Counted from the first letter of the whole stretch, positions 52,729-63,718 are shown. The stretch is DNA of 63,718 bases, filler included, from Reclinomonas americana ATCC 50394 (GCA_048213135.1; 6 parts of 6 records of this genome joined end to end with filler, not necessarily neighbours in it), one strand, 5' to 3'. The notes: generated by a model from the sequence alone, not told the origin. Program-made: numbers and translations.

Positions 52729-55217
52729 TGGGGGTCGCGAAGACGGCGGCAGAGGTCGCAGGCCGTAATCCAGCGAATTTCCACGCAGCGAGTCCGTGCC
52801 GAGTGAGTGCGACAGAGAGGAGGGATGCAGAAGGTCGGGTGTGCCAACGGTCAGCGACTGCGGACCGTGCGACGACGAGGAGGCGGCGGTGGTCGGCGAT
52901 GCCATGGTGTCGGCGTCGCTGAAGAGATGCTCCACATCGCTCGGCGCGACATCCTCGCTGACGTCGAACAGGGATCGGCAGTGCTTCTACGTAGAGAGAG
53001 GAGAGAGAAAGAGTGAGAAGCGTGAGAGAGAAAGAGAGAGAGAGAACAACAGTGCAGACGAACCACCACTTGCTGGTAGATTTTGCGCAAGTGCTGACTG
53101 GCGCCGGCAAAGAACGAGAACAATATCAGCAGTGACTGCAACGAAGCAGTGTCAGCGGCAGCGTCGCACGAACAGCAGCAGCAGCACACAGCGCACCTGA
53201 TCGGCCTCGCACACCCGCAACGAGAATTTGAGCGAGGTCGACGGAAAAAAGCACTTCCAACCTGTCACGCACGAGTCAGCACACGGCAAAGGCAAAGACA
53301 CGCTCAATGTACGTGTGTGTGTGTGTGCACACGGACCTGCCAGTGCGCCGGTAGGCGTCCGTCGCCGCCGGCAGTGAACACCGAAACTCGACAACTCCTG
53401 CAGAATGAATGCCTCGCCGTGCTCCAGTGTGTACGGAACGCCCGGTTTTTCTCGTATTCTCATCTGCACGACACACAAGCAGGGGGTGAGGAAGGTGGGA
53501 GACGGAGGAGGGGGCAAAAGTAAAAAAAAAAAAAAAAGTAAAGATGAGAGCAGCCGGATTCGAACCGACGAATGCTGGAACCTAACTCCAGTGCGTTAAA
53601 CCACTTCGCCACGCTCTCAGGCACCAAACAACCAGCGAGACTTTCCCCATGGCTATTCTGCCCACCACCGCGTAATCTCTTCTCACTTCCTGTGCACCCA
53701 CGCAGCCTGGCGTCCGCACCAACACCTCTTTCCCCTCTCTCCCACGCCTACACACATGCCTGCGGACGTGCATTTGGACAATCCCGTCCGGTTTCTGCGT
53801 CTAAAAAGAATGTGCATGCAGTGTTGCCACGAGAGAGGGCGAGAAGGTGGGAGGGGCGTCGAGGAGATAGAAAGAAAGAATGGTAGAAATGAACAATAAG
53901 GGCAATTCTGACACATGAAGGGCGGAACACAGATATCGAGACAAGTCCATTTCTGGGCACACCCAGGNNNNNNNNNNNNNNNNNNNNNNNNNNNNNNNNN
54001 NNNNNNNNNNNNNNNNNNNNNNNNNNNNNNNNNNNNNNNNNNNNNNNNNNNNNNNNNNNNNNNNNNNNNNNNNNNNNNNNNNNNNNNNNNNNNNNNNNNN
54101 NNNNNNNNNNNNNNNNNNNNNNNNNNNNNNNNNNNNNNNNNNNNNNNNNNNNNNNNNNNNNNNNNNNNNNNNNNNNNNNNNNNNNNNNNNNNNNNNNNNN
54201 NNNNNNNNNNNNNNNNNNNNNNNNNNNNNNNNNNNNNNNNNNNNNNNNNNNNNNNNNNNNNNNNNNNNNNNNNNNNNNNNNNNNNNNNNNNNNNNNNNNN
54301 NNNNNNNNNNNNNNNNNNNNNNNNNNNNNNNNNNNNNNNNNNNNNNNNNNNNNNNNNNNNNNNNNNNNNNNNNNNNNNNNNNNNNNNNNNNNNNNNNNNN
54401 NNNNNNNNNNNNNNNNNNNNNNNNNNNNNNNNNNNNNNNNNNNNNNNNNNNNNNNNNNNNNNNNNNNNNNNNNNNNNNNNNNNNNNNNNNNNNNNNNNNN
54501 NNNNNNNNNNNNNNNNNNNNNNNNNNNNNNNNNNNNNNNNNNNNNNNNNNNNNNNNNNNNNNNNNNNNNNNNNNNNNNNNNNNNNNNNNNNNNNNNNNNN
54601 NNNNNNNNNNNNNNNNNNNNNNNNNNNNNNNNNNNNNNNNNNNNNNNNNNNNNNNNNNNNNNNNNNNNNNNNNNNNNNNNNNNNNNNNNNNNNNNNNNNN
54701 NNNNNNNNNNNNNNNNNNNNNNNNNNNNNNNNNNNNNNNNNNNNNNNNNNNNNNNNNNNCACACAGAGACATGCAATCAGAAGCTGCAGACAAACGCACA
54801 CAGCCCCACGCGATCGGAAACGCAAAAGAAAAAAGAAAAGACAAGCAAGCATCGTCGGGTGTGAGCCCACCAAAAAAAGTGAATGACAAGTGGGCCCACC
54901 CGCGAGTCGAACGCGGCTCCCTTCCGTCCAAGGGAAGAATTCTACCGATAAACTAGCAGGCCATCACTGTGTTCTCCCACTCACCACGTACTGCGCCAGC
55001 GTTGGCGCTGCTGCGGTCCGCGCATCCACGCGTGCTGGCACACCTGGCGCGAAGAGTAGCGAGTCTCCGCATCCACACACAGCATGTGCCCGACCAGATC
55101 GTGCAGCTCGGTCGACACGCGGTCCGGCAGCTCAAAGCGCGCACGCATAATCATGTCGCGCACCTCTGCACACCACGTGAGTGAGGCCACACACATGCCA
55201 TCACAGGTATCGGTGAC
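52720..55217 (-). CDS. CAMKL (MARK/AMPK-like) kinase, 3' part with KA1-like C-terminal domain
   Basis: Kinase C-lobe end FELPDRVSTELHDLVGHMLCVDAETRYSSRQVCQHAW (54990-55165); KA1-like LKFSLRVCEADQSLLILFSFFAGASQHLRKIYQQV (53065-53262); linkage across the gap is inferred. Confidence 0.6.
53522..53537 (-). terminator. Pol III oligo-T terminator of tRNA-Leu
   Basis: T16 run a few nt after the discriminator base on the - strand. Confidence 0.7.
53545..53618 (-). tRNA. tRNA-Leu(TAG), 74 nt, short variable loop
   Basis: GAGAGCG TG GCG AAGTGGTTTAA CGC A CTGGA GT-TAG-GT TCCAG CATTC GTCGG TTCGAAT CCGGC TGCTCTC A; all stems pair; followed by a long T run. Confidence 0.88.
54892..54962 (-). tRNA. tRNA-Pro(TGG), 71 nt
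   Basis: GGCCTGC TA GTTT ATCGGTA GAAT T CTTCC CT-TGG-AC GGAAG GGAG CCGCG TTCGACT CGCGG GTGGGCC C; T7 run at 54872-54878. Confidence 0.88.
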
Positions 55218-55317
55218 NNNNNNNNNNNNNNNNNNNNNNNNNNNNNNNNNNNNNNNNNNNNTTAATTAATTAANNNNNNNNNNNNNNNNNNNNNNNNNNN
55301 NNNNNNNNNNNNNNNNN

Positions 55318-57459
55318 AGCAGCGCAAGAACAAGGAGCGCAGTCGAGCCTCTGCTTCTGCCTCTCCGTCGCCCCACCTCAGCGGCAGTCGATCGGCGTCG
55401 TTGCCACTGCGCAGCCCGTCCACGCCCATGATGTTTGATAGCAGCACAGTGGAGGGACAGCCGGCGGAGTCGATTGAGGACTTGGTGCGGCGACAGATAC
55501 AGACGGAGATGCAGGCGCATTTCGATGCAGAGATTGTCAAAACGGCGGCGGGCCGTGCGGCGTTTACGGCGTGGTTGTTTAAGCTGGCCGACACGCATCG
55601 GCGAGGGGAGGTGACGGTGGGCGAGCTGCGACCGGTGTTGCATGCGGCGCACAATGATGGGATTCGTCTCGAGCAGCTCTTGTACGATGTCGATGGAAGT
55701 GAGTCGACAACGACAACGACGACTACGGCGGGCACAACGCTGCGACTCGTGTTGCCGACTGCCTCGCGCCTGTCAGCCTCGCCAACTGTGTCGCCGTCAC
55801 CGTCGCCGTCGTCCACGGCGGCTGGTGCCACGACGGCAGCTGGTCTGGGCCTGGCGTCATTAGCGTACGTACGCGCTGAGGGTTCCGACGGCAGTGCCTC
55901 GTGTACAACAACAACAGCAGCAACAGCAGCAACGGCGGCGACAGAGTCCGAGGAAGACGGGCTGGTGCGAAGAATATTCGACGAGTTTGACGAGGAGCGG
56001 CGCGGTGTGCTGTGCGAGGCGCAGTTTCGCTCGTTGGCCGGCTTGATTCTGCAAGAGTATCAGAGTGCATATGCTCGCGGGCCGGTGAGTCGATAACTCT
56101 GTGCTTGGTGTGTGTGTGCATGGTTGGTTGAGTTGATGCTGAACTGCGTTGCTGCACGAAATATGCGCGCAGACGCACGAGCGCATTGGCAGGTGGATGA
56201 TTATGCATCCGCTGGGCAGTGGCGCCTACGGTCGCGTGTATTCTGGCTTTGATCCGAACTCGAATCAGTTGTGCGCCATCAAGGCGGTGCGGAAGGGAAC
56301 TGTGGCCGACATGTCACGGCTGGACGTGGAGATCCAGGCGATGAAGTTGCTGCAGCACCCGAATGTTGTACATTTGGAGGAGGTGTTGTCGTCGGAGGAC
56401 AATGTGTATCTGGTGATGGAGATGTGTGGCGGTGGAACGCTGTTCGAGTTGTTGGAGTCGAAAGCTGTGGTGCGTGCGCCCGTGATGCGTTCGTTTATCA
56501 TCCTCTTCTGAGTGTGCAAGTAACACTATTCTGCTTGGCAGTTCTCCGAAGAGGTTGCGCGCTTTTACTTTACGAGAATCATGGATGGGCTGGCGTACTG
56601 CCACGAGCAGGGTGTGGCACATCGCGATTTGCGGCTGGAGAATGTGCTGCTCGACAACCAGGTGTGTGTGTGTGGGGCATTCTTTTCTCTTTATCGGGCA
56701 ACTCAATAATGTGTTTCGCTCACACCGCAGGGCAATGTGAAAATCACGGACTTTGGACAGGCCGGCATCTTCACCAAGGGGTGGGATGTGTTTGGCACAG
56801 ACATGACCAGCTCGATCTTCCACTTGTCGCCGGAGCAGGTGGAGAACCGCTCGTACAGTGGGGAGAAGGTGGATGTGTGGAGTGCCGGTGTCATTCTGTT
56901 TGCGCTGGTGGTCGGCCGGCTGCCGTTCGAGGGTACCGATTTTCGCGGTACGTGCATTTTCCACACACACNNNNNNNNNNNNNNNNNNNNGGGAAGAGGA
57001 ATGAGTCACTCTTATTTCACATCCACGCTTGCAAGATGGGCAATGGCCTTCGACGGTCGTTTGCCGACATTGACAAGAGTTGCGCACACAAAGCACTCGT
57101 AGACAGGCACACACACGCAGACTCAGACGGGCAAGGGCGTGCGTGTGACAAGTGGAGACGACATGCTCACCATCTTCACTCTCTCTCCCTCGCCCGTGCA
57201 CTCCGCACAGAGCTCGATGGGCGACTGGACGTGGAGGAGGTCTCCAGCAGCTCCTGCATCATCGGCCGCACCTGCTCACTGACCACACTCTTCTTTGTTG
57301 CGTCGCGCACAAGAGATTCACAGATCCTCTCTCTCACTCTTTCTCTGTGTCTGTCTCTTGCACAGTTTGACAAGAACAAGGACGGTCTGCTCGACTACGA
57401 CGAGTACGTGGAGCTTGAGCGGTACATTGAGTCGGTGGAGAAGCGCGTGCGCAAGAGTC
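55318..57459 (+). CDS. CAMK-group Ser/Thr kinase with EF-hands before and after the kinase domain (partial)
   Basis: EF-like FKLADTHRRGEVTVGEL, FDEFDEERRGVLCEAQF; LGSGAYGRV, AIK, HRDLRLEN, DFG, DVWSAGV; after a small gap FADIDKKLDGRLDVEE, FDKNKDGLLDYDEY. Confidence 0.82.
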
Positions 57460-57688
57460 NNNNNNNNNNNNNNNNNNNNNNNNNNNNNNNNNNNNNNNNN
57501 NNNTTAATTAATTAANNNNNNNNNNNNNNNNNNNNNNNNNNNNNNNNNNNNNNNNNNNNATACGTCGACAACTGTCTCTCTCCTTCGTCCACACAACTGC
57601 ATTCCCGGTTCACTTTCTTTTTGTTTCCCTCCTTCCTCCAGTCGACACACAAACAACAGCAAAACCCCTTCCATCTCCATCCACGCCC

Positions 57689-60471
57689 TCATTGCAACGA
57701 AGACGGCATCTGCGCCACATCCGCCAGGAAGCTGCACGACTCGAAAAAGTCAGTATCCGCCGCACTCTGCGCCTCCTCTCAGTGGTGCTACTGACCTGAA
57801 TGAATTGTGTACGGTGGTGCCGCCCAGCACAAAGACGTGCTCGCCTCCGTGCAGCTCGTTCAGCTTGCGCACCGACAGCGCCTCCTCGTACGTGGCACCG
57901 CCAATCATAAAGATGATGATGTCTTGCGGCTTGTACGTCTGTGGCTGCGGAGTGCGGGCGTACGGCCAGTCGACCTCCTTCAGCGCGCCTCTTGCAGCGT
58001 CGTTCAACAGAGTTGTCAGCAGCGGCTCGTGCTGCGTGTAAATGCTATCCGAGCCCTGTGCTCACACGTCAGCGCCGCAACACACACTAGGCACGGCATG
58101 CGCCACAAGAGACAGCAGCACCTTCAGGCTCTGCGGCTTCTTCTTCACGGCTCCGACCAGCGCCGACAACACACTCGTCGCTGTCGTTGGTGAGCCGCCC
58201 ACCACCAAGTCGGGTGAGCACTCGCGACTGGCACCATACTGCAGCATCGACGGCACCAGCTCCAACATGGCACGATCGAGTCCCCGATCGCCCAACACGC
58301 GCATAAAGTCCGACAGCCGACGAGCCTCCCGCCCGTAGCGCAGCGCGTACAGCATGACCACACGCAAGCAGTCGCGCGCCTGCACGCCCCGATTTGCCAA
58401 CACACGCTCCACTCCCTGCGAAGCAACAACAACAAGTAGAAGTGTCAGCAAAGGAGGGAGACAGAGCACACGAGACAATCGCGAAAGTAGCACCTGTACC
58501 GCATCACCGTGATTGGATTTGGTGGCCAGCTCCTGCTCCACCTCGGACACCAACAGCAGCTGGCGTTCTGTGATGATATCCGACATTTGCTGAATGACGG
58601 TGAGGTGCTTCTCCACACTGCCGCTCAGCTCGGCCAACTCCGGATATGAATGCAAGAATTCACGCATGTCCTCTGTAGCCGCACGTCAGCCATGCGGGGT
58701 GGGAGATTGAAGAGGGGAATGTGCGTGTGCGAGCGCAACTAAAGTCCCTAATGTCATCTCGGCGTGGTGTCTTGGACTTCAACACGTTGCCGAGTGCTGT
58801 CACATTCTCTGTCAAGTCGGCGTAGTTGTTGAACATGTTCTCCGAGTAAAAGTGATCCTGCTTCGGTGACAAGACAATCTCTTGCCTCTGTCCGTCCACT
58901 CTTGTCTTCACCACATTGTTCGTGATGCCGATCAATTCGTGCACCATGGCCTGCATTCACACAATGATATGTGAGGACAGCGGCAAGCAGCGCCTCGATG
59001 CGAGAAAAGATAGGGAGGGTGGCGAAACTTGATACGTCCATTGCGTGAGCAGGGGTGTGATTGAGTCGAACCGCCGATCCACAATCAGCAGCAGCGGTGG
59101 CTCCGAGCGCCGACCAAAGTCGAACAACACATTCTCTGCCCTCATGCGAGCCTACACCCCACCGCAGAAGGTGAGCCGCCGGGTGTCGCTGTGTGCCAGA
59201 AGTAGGAAGAAGCAGCAGATGCAGCGCAACATTCATCTCCTGCGCCAGCGTCTTGGCGAGATCAGAGCTGCCCTGGTACCGAATCGTGGGTGCCTTTTTC
59301 AGCGCCAGCAACACGGCCGCCAATCCATCTGCGCAGCATCATCAACAAACGGCCGCACACGCACACACCATGCAACGCCACGAACCACATGTCCTCTCAA
59401 ACACTGCATCCTCCCACGATGCACTCGACAGCAGACACGACGTGCTCGGCACATTGATCGAGAACAACTCACGGTTGACGGGGTAAAAGTCGGCGTACAT
59501 CTCCTGCAGCGGCATGCATCANNNNNNNNNNNNNNNNNNNNNNNNNNNNNNNNNNNNNNNNNNNNNNNNNNNNNNNNNNNNNNNNNNNNNNNNNNNNNNN
59601 NNNNNNNNNNNNNNNNNNNNNNNNNNNNNNNNNNNNNGTCTCACTGAGAGACATCGATGTTGTCTCTCTCTCTGCGAGGGAGACGAACCACCACACTGCG
59701 AACACACTCCTTCACATCGGCCTGCGCAAGCTCCTTCAACATGTCGTCGCTGATCAAGTTGGTAAACACTGCAGACTCGTTGATGAGCCACGCGGGGGGA
59801 CACGCACAATGTGTGCAACAGCAAGTCTCACCCAAAGAGTACTCTCCGTACAGCGGATTGCGCAGTTCCTTGCACAAATCGCGCACATTCTCCACCGTCG
59901 GTCGCAACAGACACACGGCCTTGAGGTGCTTCTGCGACGCACGATTCTCCATGCTCAACTTCTCCACCAAGTACACCTCCTCGCGCATCACCTCTGCGAA
60001 ACCGCGAACAAGTGACACAATCGTCATCTGTGCACATGCCACCGAGTGCAAACAGGTGAGCGAGGTGCGTGTGTGAGAGAGAGGCACTGCACAGGCAGAG
60101 AGCGCACACACACACACAAGCAGCAACAACAAGCGCGACATGACTGACATGCCGCACGCTCTCTGTTTGCAACTCGCACACACACACACGCGCGCGCGCG
60201 TAACTGTCTCATCATCGAGCAAGAGGATCTTGACGCCCGACACACTCTCCAGTGCTCTCTGCAGGTACCGATCGACCGCCGCAATGACATTCATGCGATC
60301 GGCGGCCTCTCCAGCCGCCGCCGCTGAGCCCGCCGCTGCACTGCCTCCAGCTGCTGCTGTGGCAGAGGAGCCGGACGCACCTCCTGCGCCTCCCAGGGCG
60401 GTGCCAGAGCCAGAGGCGAGGTTGCCGCGGCTGTTGCCGCCTCCCGCGGGTCCTCCAAGACGACGACTCAT
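57689..60471 (-). CDS. VPS45: Sec1/Munc18-family protein Vps45
   Basis: [98 protein letters not shown]. Confidence 0.95.
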
Positions 60472-60919
60472 GCTCGCTCTCTCACACACTCACACACTAG
60501 CGTGTGCGTCTGTGTATGCGTGTCAGTCTCCGGGCGACTGTGTGGTGAGAGTGGGTGATTGTGGCACGCAACGTGTCAGCGATGTAAATAACGAATTGGA
60601 GCAAGATGGTCGCGCGGGACGATCTCCCCCCACACTGACCCAAGTGCAACACAGAGACTGCGTAAAGGATTGCACACTACACTGCGCCATAGCTGTCGAT
60701 TCTCGAGCTTGCAGTTGCAGAAGTGCCAAACGACGTCGCGAAGTCCATGCATCACCATGTAAACAAACAAGACGTCGGCCGGCTTTCATACTCAATCAAA
60801 AACAAAGCACAGGTGGTACGCATACAGGGCACGACGACGACGGGTAAAAACACAGGATTCTAACACTATAGGAAGGAACTCAAAAACGCAAAACTCTTTT
60901 CTTGTAACCGGGGGTGGAT

Positions 60920-61990
60920 TTAGCGGCGGTGCATGAGGAGATCGGCGGAGGGCGCCTCGTGGCTGTTGGCGCGGCGGCGATTGGTGGCGGTGGCCAGTGG
61001 CGATCGAACGCCGGGGGCGGTTGGTGGCGGGTGCGGTCCGGCCGCGGTGACGTTGATGGTGACGGAGGAGGGGCCGGAGCCGGAGTGCGAGTGCGACTGG
61101 GAGCTGCTGCCGGCGGCCTGGCGACGGGCCTTCAGGCTGGAGCCGGCCGAAGCCGGTGTCAATGGACGTGGAGTTGTCGGGGCGGATTTCGCAGCCGCGT
61201 CCACCGAGGGGGCGTCGAGGTACTTGGTTCCCGACATGACATCGGCTGGCGACAAGTGTCTGTTGCCGAGCAGGGAGTGAGAACAGGGGAAAGAGACAGA
61301 TCGCCAACGCGAACCAACTCTCTCACCTCAAGTAGTCGGCCCGATCGCGCACCGGATCGCCAGAGGTCGGCACCATGGCGGGGAGCTGCTGTTGCTGCTG
61401 CTGTTGCTGGTGATGGTGGTGGTGTGAGTGCTGCTGGTGATGACGCTGGTTGTGGTGGTGGCGATGCCCCGAGTGACTGGAGTTGCTCACAATCTTGGTG
61501 CTGCCGGTGACTGGCCGCACAACGCGAAGCGAGCGGGCATTGATCGGCGGCGCCTTGTGCACGATATCGTCCAGCGCCTTCAGCTTATTCAGCACCCATT
61601 CCGAGTGCTCACCGGCGCCCCACAACGCAGCGGCGGTCGACACTGTCGACTGGTGGAGTGTGCTCGGACCGCTGCGACGAGCAGAGCCAAGGTTGTCGGG
61701 CGACATGGCTCGCGGACTCGTCAACCCCGACATACTGCGCGGCGTGCATCCGACCGACATGGACAGCCGTGCTGGAGGAAGCGCGTGCTGCTCGGCAGCA
61801 GCACTCGAGGCGCCCGCGGTGGCGCCAACGATTCGTGACGACCGCGGCTCACCCAGCACCGTGTGCTCGGGTTGGAAGCGAACCGTGCGATCGCCACCGT
61901 CGTGCGAGTGGTGAGATACACGCGCACGGGAGCTCGCTGCACAGAGAAGCCGGTGAGTGCAGGGTGCGCGCAGAAACAGTGATAACGAAT
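60920..61990 (-). CDS. 3' part of an unknown Ser/Arg/Gln-rich protein
   Basis: Two long open frames (61323-61950, 60920-61270) separated by a GT-AG intron-like segment; no recognised domain. Confidence 0.45.
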
Positions 61991-62115
61991 GCGCAAACCT
62001 GGCAGTGAGGTTGCANNNNNNNNNNNNNNNNNNNNNNNNNNNNNNNNNNNNNNNNNNNNTTAATTAATTAANNNNNNNNNNNNNNNNNNNNNNNNNNNNN
62101 NNNNNNNNNNNNNNN

Positions 62116-62444
62116 TGTGAGAGAGAGAGTGTGTGTGTATGTATGTGTGAGAGACAGACACCTTGGAGTTGCGAGGTCAGCTGTGAGTGGAGGATTGCAG
62201 AGAGATCGGCGAGAGTAGCGTTGGGTGTGGGTGCGAGGAACACAGAGATCTCCAGGCAGTATCTGAGTGGTGGAGGTGAGCATGTAAAGGGGAGTGTGTG
62301 TGAGAGAGAGACAGAGAGTGACCTCTTGTCGGCACGGAGCTGCAGGTTGAGGATGCGATTGCCTCGTGCGCTCTTCTGTGACCAGCCGGCGGGCACTTGG
62401 CATGTGACGCCGAATGAGTTCTCGTCCCACTCGTACCCCGACAT
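62116..62444 (-). CDS. 5' part of an unknown protein, weakly PsbP/Mog1-like start
   Basis: MSGYEWDENSFGVTCQVPAGW..; GT-AG intron 62263-62322; truncated by scaffold end. Confidence 0.4.
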
Positions 62445-62513
62445 GACTGACAACACAGAGACAGACAACCGCGCTTGTGACAACGAAGGTTGACGATCGA
62501 TAGGACTTGCGTG

Positions 62514-63718
62514 CTATATTATGACACAACAGACGTCGTTGCAGCACGACGTTCGTCGCTTCTGCTCTTTCCGATCGTGCTCCGCACGTGCCAGCTCCTG
62601 TGCGAGGGTGGGGTCGTGCGGGTCCAACTCGCGTGCGCGTTGCAGATCGATTACGGCGGCGGAGAAGTGCGTCATGGCGCATAGTGCTCGAGCGCGTGCG
62701 CGCAGCACGCCAACGTCGTCGGGCACCAGATGCAGCGCCCGTTCAAAGTCGAGCACGGCCTCGCGATGCTGGCCGAGCTCCTGTGAGCGCAGTACACCGC
62801 GCTGGTGTGCATGGAATCGTGAGCAGGAGAAAAAGAGCCGAGCGACGGAGCGAAGCGACGTACATTGTACCACGCCACCTGCAGCGCCGGATCGAACTGA
62901 ATGGCTCTGTCGTAGTCTGTGCGCGAAGAAAGACATGAGAACCGAGTGTGGGATCTCTCGACTGAGCGCAGTGCAGTCTCACCATGCAGGGCATCCTTGT
63001 GCTTGCGCATTTGTTGGAAAACGACGGCCCGATGCAAGCGCGCAATGGCGTGCTTGCGATGTAACCTGATCACATCGTTGAGGTCGGTCTGTGCCCGCCT
63101 GCAAGTGACATGTCAGCATACATCACCCAGCGGCATGCATGCTTCTGCACACACANNNNNNNNNNNNNNNNNNNNNNNNNNNNNNNNNNNNNNNNNNNNN
63201 NNNNNNNNNNNNNNNNNNNNNNNNNNNNNNNNNNNNNNNNNNNNNNNNNNNNNNNNNNNNNNNNNNNNNNNNNNNNNNNNNNNNNNNNNNNNNNNNNNNN
63301 NNNNNNNNNNNNNNNNNNNNNNNNNNNNNNNNNNNNNNNNNNNNNNNNNNNNNNNNNNNNNNNNNNNNNNNNNNNNNNNNNNNNNNNNNNNNNNNNNNNN
63401 NNNNNNNNNNNNNNNNNNNNNNNNNNNNNNNNNNNNNNNNNNNNNNNNNNNNNNNNNNNNNNNNNNNNNNNNNNNNNNNNNNNNNNNNNNNNNNNNNNNN
63501 NNNNNNNNNNNNNNNNNNNNNNNNNNNNNNNNNNNNNNNNNNNNNNNNNNNNNNNNNNNNNNNNNNNNNNNNNNNNNNNNNNNNNNNNNNNNNNNNNNCC
63601 GATATCGGCGTCGTGCCATGTAGATCTCGGCGCGATCCATCAGCGCCTGCACGAGCAGCGCGCGATCGGCCGCTCGTGCCAGCCTCCTTCGCCTGCGTCG
63701 CCGTGACACCGGATCCAC
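62514..63718 (-). CDS. TPR-repeat protein ending in a CaaX motif, 5'-partial
   Basis: DYDRAIQFDP..AWYNRG, AVLDFERALHLVP, AVIDLQRARELDP; C-terminus SCCNDVCCVII*. Confidence 0.8.

Noticed and set aside
53545..53618. CUA codon reassignment suggested by the odd tRNA(UAG)
   Set aside because: The few CTA codons checked at conserved positions (dynein RLVLTP, EKLLESM) fit Leu; no G3:U70 Ala determinant; small sample only
21641..62071. Recurring TTAATTAATTAA as a biological repeat
   Set aside because: Always inside N runs and has stops in six frames: an assembly spacer
1..63718. Stop-codon reassignment or frameshifting to explain fragmented ORFs
   Set aside because: The breaks I traced resolve as short introns, and genes end in TAA, TAG and TGA
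1..63718. CRISPR arrays, transposases, rRNA
   Set aside because: No repeat-spacer arrays, transposase/RT motifs or rRNA-like sequence seen

Overview
Eukaryotic, GC-rich, gene-dense and very intron-rich draft sequence from a flagellated protist (organism not identifiable from the window). N-flanked TTAATTAATTAA spacers join six separate scaffold pieces, so adjacency across them is not real. Hand-spliced genes: ZNF598/Hel2-like E3, two tandem Ubc13-like E2s, a DNAH1-like dynein heavy chain, an IP3-receptor-like channel, a peroxisomal ABCD transporter, PNGase, a TKL kinase, an S10 carboxypeptidase, DUF952, a claudin-like protein, a trypsin-like pseudoprotease, a double p25alpha/TPPP protein, Sgf11, a KA1-type kinase apparently hosting two atypical tRNAs in introns, an EF-hand kinase, Vps45 and a TPR-CaaX protein. 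Most notable: (1) an unusual splicing code, with a second class of 5' splice sites carrying an extra U (GTTGCGT vs GTGCGT), an AT-AC intron with a U2-like donor, GC-AG introns, 3- and 5-nt microexons and near-total intron turnover between adjacent paralogs; (2) a dynein with every catalytic element of AAA1 substituted and a 9x RRxS insert; (3) a tRNA-Leu(UAG) lacking the long variable arm and a tRNA-Pro(UGG) with A37; (4) an IP3R with an altered pore filter. All exon structures are inferred from reading frame and remembered family motifs, not from transcripts.
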